A stretch of 64,000 bases of DNA, from the IMG/VR virus record IMGVR_UViG_3300037258_000375, positions 32,001 to 96,000 of that record; one strand, written 5' to 3'. Made by a program: the position numbers and the translations under genes. Every line of letters begins with the position of its first letter. Position 1 is the stretch's first letter. Source of the DNA: a virus. The notes under the pieces are model-generated. The model was given only the letters and a program-made list of their open reading frames with translations, made no database searches and was not told where the DNA came from. Positions 58,211 to 64,000 of this stretch are shown here, one piece after another.

Positions 58211-58705
58211 TTACTCCAGCCCTGGACCCTGGGACAGATCGAGCGCTTCGCCTCCCGCGCGACGCTGAATGCCGTACTTGCTGAAATCGATGTGCCACGA
58301 TGGCCATCCCTTCTCAATGCGCTCCAATGCTCCAGCCCATGCAGCTTCCATCGTGTCGTAGAACGTTTGGCTCGCACTCACGACAAGATAGCTACCGCCT
58401 TGGACGTTTGGCGGGATTTCTTCGCCGAGGATGACAAATCCAAGTTGTCCGATTTGCTTTGCATGGGCTTGTGGAAAGTCATTTGCTACTCGGTTTGCAG
58501 CCGCGATGGACAGCTTTTGTTTGACAAAGTCTGGATCACAAACGTGAGGATGCCACTCAGTGTTGGGATAGATGGAACCTTGAGGATTGGTGAACGCGGT
58601 GCCGCCCCACTCAGTACCCATTTTGACGATTAGGATACCGCAGTTCGGGCAATCGTGGGGACCGTAGTAGACGATCCTAGAGTTACGAAAGGTGATGGGT
58701 GACAT
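58211..58705 (-). CDS. hypothetical protein
   Basis: AGGAG RBS; CPNCG..H.C. Confidence 0.6.
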   Translation of the reverse strand: MSPITFRNSRIVYYGPHDCPNCGILIVKMGTEWGGTAFTNPQGSIYPNTEWHPHVCDPDFVKQKLSIAAANRVANDFPQAHAKQIGQLGFVILGEEIPPNVQGGSYLVVSASQTFYDTMEAAWAGALERIEKGWPSWHIDFSKYGIQRRAGGEALDLSQGPGLE

Positions 58706-58759
58706 AGATTTTCTCCTGCGTAAGTAGTTCCGCTTTCACGGAATGACAGGAGTCTAGCA

Positions 58760-58885
58760 CAAAAGGAAAGACCCCGCCGAAGCGAGGCCGTTCCTTTGCC
58801 CAATAGGTTGTAGCTACCTAACCGGATCAGTCGTTTGTGTCGTTGTCCATCCCCATTTTCTGCCGGGTTGACCGACCCTTCTGCG
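58760..58885 (-). ncRNA. putative stand-alone small RNA with intrinsic terminator
   Basis: TTGAGA-N16-TAGAAT promoter; GGGTCGGTC/GACTGATCC stem; TTCG hairpin plus U-rich tail. Confidence 0.45.
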
Positions 58886-58906
58886 AATCATTCTATCACG
58901 TATTTT

Positions 58907-60103
58907 CTACGTCTCAAGAATTTTCCCGATCTTTACGGCGGTCGGATGGTCGCCGATCTCCAGCGAGATCGAGGATGAATCCGTCATCGTCAGCGGACCT
59001 TCTTGAGCGAATGGTTCATAGACGGCGACATAGCAATTCGACGGCAGCGTGAGGATCACTGAGACATTCGGATTGGTGATGTCCGTGTTCGTCGTCAAGT
59101 TGTAGCAGCTAATCTCCTGCCACAAGAACAATAGCCATGTGCCGTCCGATTGTTGGAGTAGAAGGCTCGAAACAGATGCACCGCTTAACGTATAATTCAA
59201 CGCGGTCAAGGCCGGACTCGTGTTGGTCGGAAGCAGTGTGAGCAAGTTTCTCACTGCTCGATATACTGGCTTCACGGTACCATCCCAGCGGATCATGCCC
59301 CAGGCATAGGTCGCATTCGTGAGAGTGGGATCGCTGCCTTCGTCCTGCAACTCGTAGAGATAAGTACGCACGATACCGCGTGAGAAGTTGTTGAGCAGCA
59401 AACGCAGTATGTACTTCGCGGCGGCGATCTCGGAGACTCCGGGCTGTCCACCTGTCTGGTGAATCGCGTTGTGATATCCACTCTCGGTTGCCATGATCGG
59501 CTTGGTTCCGTTAATGGCTTCGAGTTGTGTCGGCTGGGCTGGAGTGCTCGTAAAGCCGACCGTGGGCATGTTTCCAGCCGGGTAGTAGTGCCAGTTCCCG
59601 AAATCGCACTCCATTAGACCCGCCGCCGCAGCGCTTGAAGGATATGCCATCGAAGGAGCGATTACCGGCATCGCAATGCCCTGAGCCATGGTCTTGGCGA
59701 ATCCATATAGCGGGGTCTGGTAGGCAGCGAGTACGGCTGGCCAGTTCGCTTCACCGCTCACGTCCATCTCGTTCGGGCCTTCGAGGCATTCGATGCTCAT
59801 TCCGCTCTTCCAATAGAACTGGTTCAATAGGTCGGCGGTGAGTGTACCGAGGTCTGAGCGCGGATCGACGACCGCATCGAACGAGATGCCCTGCCTTGCG
59901 ATGAGTGTCCAGGTTGTGAAGAGTGTGTTGTCGTAGTCGTCGTTCAACGTGTGAAGGCCATCTCGCACGTGGACCAGACCGAGGGCCTTGAGTTGTGTCG
60001 CTACGAGAAGAGCATTCCCATAATTCAGATTGAAGTAGTTTAAGTGTGTGTTGACGCCAACACTCTGGAAGAGCGCGGTAGAAGTGGAAAACGGAACCGG
60101 CAT
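58907..60103 (-). CDS. clan GH-A glycoside hydrolase-like protein
   Basis: GVNTH, HVRDG, EGPNE, N.H.Y, ATESGY, YLYEL.D. Confidence 0.75.
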   Translation of the reverse strand: MPVPFSTSTALFQSVGVNTHLNYFNLNYGNALLVATQLKALGLVHVRDGLHTLNDDYDNTLFTTWTLIARQGISFDAVVDPRSDLGTLTADLLNQFYWKSGMSIECLEGPNEMDVSGEANWPAVLAAYQTPLYGFAKTMAQGIAMPVIAPSMAYPSSAAAAGLMECDFGNWHYYPAGNMPTVGFTSTPAQPTQLEAINGTKPIMATESGYHNAIHQTGGQPGVSEIAAAKYILRLLLNNFSRGIVRTYLYELQDEGSDPTLTNATYAWGMIRWDGTVKPVYRAVRNLLTLLPTNTSPALTALNYTLSGASVSSLLLQQSDGTWLLFLWQEISCYNLTTNTDITNPNVSVILTLPSNCYVAVYEPFAQEGPLTMTDSSSISLEIGDHPTAVKIGKILET

Positions 60104-60135
60104 AGGTCACCTCCGATGCCGGTGATTATAGCTTA

Positions 60136-60226
60136 TGGTGCGTCGGACAGGATTCGAACCTGCAATGTCATCAAAGATGATCCAGATTTACAGTCTGGTA
60201 GTGTCCACCGTCTCACCAGCCGACGC
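60136..60226 (-). tRNA. tRNA-Tyr(GTA)
   Basis: Loop CTGTAAA, long V-arm, CCA. Confidence 0.9.
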
Positions 60227-60688
60227 ATCTCTTAATCTTGTTTTGTAATTCGCTTTATTCCTTGCTTTGCTTCTGCAAAACTTACATTCGGTCTGAAGGC
60301 CGCGTCGTTTATGTTTATTCTTCGTAAAATGTCCAACCGGAGCAAAATGTTCACCAAGACAGCACCATGCCATTCCCGGAGGATCAACTACTCGCAGGTG
60401 CGCCTGCGAGTCTAAGACTTTACGTTCTCGCAGTGTCTTTTCCAGATGACAACGATGGCACCGCACCCTACATTTTGCTAATTCAATTGTTCTTTTTCTT
60501 TCTCCCCAACTCCAGATCGCAGAACTGATTTTTGTTTTTGGATTGTTGTGATCTAGCTCAAGATTGTCCCATGATCTACAGTCAGTGCAAGGGCCATTTT
60601 CTACGAACCATTTCCGTCGTCTCTTCTTTACGACTTCTTCGTACCACCGCTTCTGCGCGGCGCGCTGTTTTTCAATATCTCTCGCCAT
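60188..60688 (-). CDS. HNH homing endonuclease in tRNA array
   Basis: GPC.DC....LELDH.NP..K, ELAKC.V.C..CH..KT. Confidence 0.85.
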   Translation of the reverse strand: MARDIEKQRAAQKRWYEEVVKKRRRKWFVENGPCTDCRSWDNLELDHNNPKTKISSAIWSWGERKRTIELAKCRVRCHRCHLEKTLRERKVLDSQAHLRVVDPPGMAWCCLGEHFAPVGHFTKNKHKRRGLQTECKFCRSKARNKANYKTRLRDASAGETVDTTRL

Positions 60689-60730
60689 ATTGTCATTATA
60701 ACAAAACTGGCGGATACTTAACGAACTAAC

Positions 60731-60823
60731 TGGAGGAAGCGGCGAGATTCCAACTCGCGGTGCCGATCTCTCGGACACTCCCGTTTTCAAAACGGGTGGT
60801 TTAACGCACTCACCCACGCTTCC
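60731..60823 (-). tRNA. tRNA-Ser(TGA)
   Basis: Loop TTTGAAA, long V-arm. Confidence 0.88.
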
Positions 60824-60828
60824 AAACT

Positions 60829-60915
60829 TGGCGGTAGCGACAGGAGTTCAACCTGCAAAGGCTTTCACCTTGTCCCGTTTCGAGCGGGGTGGGCCTAGCA
60901 ATGCCCAACGCTACC
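60829..60915 (-). tRNA. tRNA-Ser(CGA)
   Basis: Loop CTCGAAA, long V-arm, GCCA. Confidence 0.88.
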
Positions 60916-60916
60916 G

Positions 60917-61003
60917 TGGCGGGAAGCAGACCACTCGAAGGCCACTCCTTGCGGAGCCATTCGGTTTCCAACCGATGCCGCAGACCTCTGCGGTTTACTT
61001 CCC
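60917..61003 (-). tRNA. tRNA-Ser(GGA)
   Basis: Loop TTGGAAA, long V-arm, GCCA. Confidence 0.88.
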
Positions 61004-61007
61004 TAAT

Positions 61008-61094
61008 TGGCGGAGAGCCGAGAACACGATTCCCAAACCCGAAGGTTCCATCTGTTTAGCAAACAGCGCCGTCAGCCTCAACGGTTGACTCTCC
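61008..61094 (-). tRNA. tRNA-Ser(GCT)
   Basis: Loop TTGCTAA, long V-arm, GCCA. Confidence 0.88.
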
Positions 61095-61101
61095 ATACAA
61101 C

Positions 61102-61179
61102 TGGTGCTCCCGGTCGGATTCGAACCGACACTGTCTTCGTTTTGAATGAAGCGCCTCCTGCCGATTGGGCTACGAGAGC
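61102..61179 (-). tRNA. tRNA-Leu(CAA), short V-arm
   Basis: Loop TTCAAAA. Confidence 0.88.
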
Positions 61180-61181
61180 AT

Positions 61182-61260
61182 TGGTGCCTGCGAGGGGATT
61201 CGAACCCATACTGTTCTGATCCTAAGTCAGACGCCTCCTGCCAAATTGGGCTACGCAGGC
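61182..61260 (-). tRNA. tRNA-Leu(TAG), short V-arm
   Basis: Loop CTTAGGA. Confidence 0.88.
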
Positions 61261-61269
61261 ACATAAAAC

Positions 61270-61347
61270 TGGTACACGGGGTGAGATTTGAACTCACACT
61301 GCCACGCCCCTCAAGCGTGTGCCTCCTGCCGTTTGGGCTACCCGTGC
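61270..61347 (-). tRNA. tRNA-Leu(GAG), short V-arm
   Basis: Loop TTGAGGG. Confidence 0.88.
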
Positions 61348-61348
61348 A

Positions 61349-61426
61349 TGGTACTCCGGATGGGATTTGAACCCACACTAACACGGACCTGAACCGTGTG
61401 CCTCCTGCCGTTTGGGCTACCCGTGC
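61349..61426 (-). tRNA. chimeric tRNA-Leu(CAG) duplicate
   Basis: 5' part identical to Leu(GAG), 3' part identical to Leu(CAG); mismatched acceptor stem. Confidence 0.6.
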
Positions 61427-61427
61427 A

Positions 61428-61504
61428 TGGTACTCCGGATGGGATTTGAACCCACACTAACACGGACCTGAACCGTGTGCCTCCTGCCGTTGGGCTACCG
61501 GAGC
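61428..61504 (-). tRNA. tRNA-Leu(CAG), short V-arm
   Basis: Loop TTCAGGT. Confidence 0.88.
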
Positions 61505-61514
61505 AAATTAAATT

Positions 61515-61591
61515 TGGACAGCCGAGGGAGAATCGAACTCCCGCATGATCTGATCTGCAATCAGACGCCTTACCGTCTTGGCTATCGGCTG
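61515..61591 (-). tRNA. tRNA-Cys(GCA)
   Basis: Loop TTGCAGA, U73 discriminator. Confidence 0.88.
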
Positions 61592-61592
61592 T

Positions 61593-61669
61593 TGGTACCC
61601 GTCGAGGGATTCCAACCCCCATCCAAGCCGTCTTAAGCGACTCCGCTCTTGCAATTGGCGTACACGGGC
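61593..61669 (-). tRNA. tRNA-Leu(TAA)
   Basis: Loop CTTAAGA; somewhat divergent body. Confidence 0.75.
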
Positions 61670-61671
61670 AC

Positions 61672-61705
61672 AAACTAAAAACCCCCCGAATCATCGGAGG
61701 GCTGG
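61672..61705 (-). terminator. attenuator terminator of tRNA operon B
   Basis: GCCCTCCGA-TGAT-TCGGGGGGT followed by a U-run; CCAGCCCTC can alternatively pair with leader GAGGGTTGG. Confidence 0.82.
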
Positions 61706-61728
61706 AAACTTTCGACCGTGCTCAGTCG

Positions 61729-61791
61729 CTAGTCAACCCAACCCTCAGAAGAGGAGAGATACAGGCACGAACTGAGTGACAAGGTCTTCAC
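61729..61791 (-). CDS. leader peptide B (MKTLSLSSCLYLSSSEGWVD)
   Basis: GTG 7 nt after TTGACA-N17-GAGCAT; twelve consecutive Leu/Ser/Cys/Tyr codons. Confidence 0.82.
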   Translation of the reverse strand: MKTLSLSSCLYLSSSEGWVD

Positions 61792-61812
61792 GAAAATGAT
61801 GCTCTCACAAAT

Positions 61813-62073
61813 CTATTTTGCTGTCAACGCCAATTTTCTGCGCTCCAGCCATTGCTCAAGAGTCAAGCCGCCTGGATGGTCCGGATCGTAATGCATCCAT
61901 ACAGTCCATCCTCCTTTGGCTTTTTCGGGAAATGGGTGGCACGGGCATTCCGGCGAGAGTATATGCAGACATGACGGAACACGCTGTCCATCTATCTCGA
62001 TCAAAGGAACCACGTGATTACATCCGGTGCCGTCGTCATCCTCACTGCGAACAACGCCCCAATGTTGCATCAC
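61813..62073 (-). CDS. hypothetical protein
   Basis: HVVP..H....CPCHP. Confidence 0.55.
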   Translation of the reverse strand: MMQHWGVVRSEDDDGTGCNHVVPLIEIDGQRVPSCLHILSPECPCHPFPEKAKGGWTVWMHYDPDHPGGLTLEQWLERRKLALTAK

Positions 62074-62256
62074 TGCACCTGTGGCACTCTCGTCCTTGAA
62101 TTCGGCGGCGGCGGCGGCGGACCCGGAATTTCATGCACATGCACATCGTGGCCCGCGTAGCGAAGATCGCCGAGCTTGCGTTTACATGCCTGCCCCTCGT
62201 CTGCGCCGCAGCAAGGGCACCAGAGGGATAACCGATTGGGTACGTACCGGGAGTGT

Positions 62257-62508
62257 TCATCCATTTTGTTTTTTCGCCTTCGTCAGTTCATCGAGTGCCT
62301 GCACCAAATCTTCCATCGAGACCGGCTCAGAATCTTCGGCAAGATAGGCGTCGATCTCTGTCTCTGCTTCCTCGCCGGAACAGTTGACGACGTGACCTTC
62401 AAGCGCGCTCTGTCCCACAAAGAAAACACTGCACGTGTTGTCGTCGATATCCTTGATTGCCGTGACATACTGTGCAGCGATTCGGAAGCCTTTGACCAAG
62501 TGCAGCAT
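62257..62508 (-). CDS. hypothetical protein
   Basis: Acidic 83-aa ORF. Confidence 0.5.
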   Translation of the reverse strand: MLHLVKGFRIAAQYVTAIKDIDDNTCSVFFVGQSALEGHVVNCSGEEAETEIDAYLAEDSEPVSMEDLVQALDELTKAKKQNG

Positions 62509-62559
62509 GATGCCAATCTACACCCAGCGGTCACGGTCGGCAATGATTTTGGTGATACC

Positions 62560-62940
62560 ATGGCTCCGATGCCGCAAGAATCAAAAGCTGAAAGAGAAGC
62601 GTGGACCGCACTTGTCGAAGGCCGCGCGCCCAAGAAAGAACCGAAGTACCACAATGAACGTAAGGGCAAATACGCCTCTGGCTACGAGGCCGAGGTCGCG
62701 GCCAAGCTCTGGACACTTCTCGAAGCTGGCAAGATCGAGGGGCTCCGCGAGCAAGTTCCCTTCGAGCTTGTGCCGCGTCGCGGCAAGATGGGGCCGGTGA
62801 TCTACGTCGCTGATTTCACGTTTTACGAGGACGGGAAGTGGCGCGTCTGCGACGCAAAAGGTTTCGCGCACAATCGGGTTTACATGCTCAAAAAACGGAT
62901 GATGTACCTCGTCCACGAGATCGAGATTGAGGAACTGTAA
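62560..62940 (+). CDS. DUF1064 family PD-(D/E)XK nuclease
   Basis: KY.N, S..EA, I..L..QVPFEL, YVADF.Y, DAKG, Y.LKK. Confidence 0.85.
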   Translation: MAPMPQESKAEREAWTALVEGRAPKKEPKYHNERKGKYASGYEAEVAAKLWTLLEAGKIEGLREQVPFELVPRRGKMGPVIYVADFTFYEDGKWRVCDAKGFAHNRVYMLKKRMMYLVHEIEIEEL

Positions 62941-62983
62941 TTTCTCCTTGCGTTCGCCGATACTCTGCGCTAGTCTCTTCTGC

Positions 62984-64000
62984 ATGGCCGCAATTAAACC
63001 ACTTCTCATTATTTCAGATGCAGTCTCGGCCCCTACAGGGCTCGCCCGGATCACCCGCGATCTCTCAACACGTATTCACCAGAATCTCAAGGATGTTTAC
63101 CGTGTCGCCACGTTTGGGTACGGCGCGCCCGGATCATGCAGGTTCGGTTTTACACAATACGCTGCGAATGACGTTGACAACTTCGTTTTGGGTCAGTTGC
63201 CCGAGGTGTGGCATGACTTCGCCGGACAGGAGCAAGGGGTCGTGCTGTGCATTTGGGACCCGAGCCGCCTCGGCTGGCTCTCCACACCACATACGAGTGA
63301 CTTCCTCAAAGATTTGAAGTATCAGGCTCTCCGGGTCTGGCTCGAACGCGCTCCTTTTAAGAAATGGATTTACGCCCCCGTAGATGCGGAAGGACCGAAT
63401 AACCGGCTTACTTTTTCGATCATGAAGTCGCTGTTTGGATTCGACCGCATTCTTGCCTATAGCGCGTGGGGAGCGGGAGTGATCGAACGCACGATGAGTA
63501 CAGGCGAGGCACGCAGTCGCAACCTCACTTCACTACCTCACGGAATCGATGGAGGCGTGTTCTCTCCATCTCCGGATCGTTCTCTGGCACGCTCTGTGTT
63601 TAACAGCATCACGGGAGCGACATCGATCATTACGAAATACAAAGAGATCGAGGCAGACGAGGTGCTCGTCGGCATCGTCGCAACCAACCAAGCACGCAAG
63701 GATTGGGCACTCGGTATCGAGACCGCCGCGATACTGTCAAAAGAGATGAAGGTGCGGTTGTGGATTCACACGGACGCCCTAGCGCGCAACTGGGATATTC
63801 TCGGCCTTCTTATCGATCATGGGATGCTCGGAGAGCAGACTGTCTTGTCGAGCGGGTACATCGCGGATGAACAAATGGCCGAGGCTTATTCTGCTTGCGA
63901 TGTCACTTTGGGTATCGGACCGGAAGGTTTTGGCTATCCGATTTTCGAATCGATCTTCTGCGGAACTCCATGCGTCCACGGTAACTACGGCGGCGCTCCA
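62984..64000 (+). CDS. glycosyltransferase family 4 (3' truncated by window)
   Basis: LLIISDA...TGLARI, PHGID, IVATNQ.RKDW, Y.ACDV, EGFGYPIFES..CGTP. Confidence 0.85.
   Translation, partial: MAAIKPLLIISDAVSAPTGLARITRDLSTRIHQNLKDVYRVATFGYGAPGSCRFGFTQYAANDVDNFVLGQLPEVWHDFAGQEQGVVLCIWDPSRLGWLSTPHTSDFLKDLKYQALRVWLERAPFKKWIYAPVDAEGPNNRLTFSIMKSLFGFDRILAYSAWGAGVIERTMSTGEARSRNLTSLPHGIDGGVFSPSPDRSLARSVFNSITGATSIITKYKEIEADEVLVGIVATNQARKDWALGIETAAILSKEMKVRLWIHTDALARNWDILGLLIDHGMLGEQTVLSSGYIADEQMAEAYSACDVTLGIGPEGFGYPIFESIFCGTPCVHGNYGGAP

Overview
A 64-kb segment of a large phage (or phage-like element), standard genetic code. An Acidobacteriota-like host is inferred, not shown. No virion structural genes, terminase or CRISPR array were recognised. 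1-18.6 kb (+): small early ORFs, vWA-metallopeptidase, Topo VI-A/Toprim protein, sliding clamp, ParB-like protein, ECF sigma factor, SpoU methyltransferase, serine recombinase. 18.6-46 kb (mostly -): ASCH protein, two paralogous 'GG-tailed small protein + CxH protein' modules flanking a J-pseudokinase/vWA/PurA-like and PspA/TPM cluster, then DnaB, initiator, Bet, exonuclease and RNase H. 46-62 kb (-): a translation-rescue island with about 30 tRNA/tRNA-like genes, a permuted two-piece tmRNA, a Pth2-like gene, an alarmone hydrolase, Ro60 and several homing endonucleases. Top observations: (1) two tRNA operons are each preceded by a leaderless peptide whose codons match that operon's tRNAs, coupled to a terminator/antiterminator (predicted codon-sensing attenuation of phage tRNA supply); (2) seven motif-sharing, partly circularly permuted tRNA-mimic RNAs lie in tandem upstream of HNH-Ro60; (3) the Pth2-like gene has an amber codon at position 3 and no stop before the downstream tRNA; (4) duplicated diglycine-tailed protein modules suggest a conjugation system. 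All family assignments come from motif recognition, not database searches.
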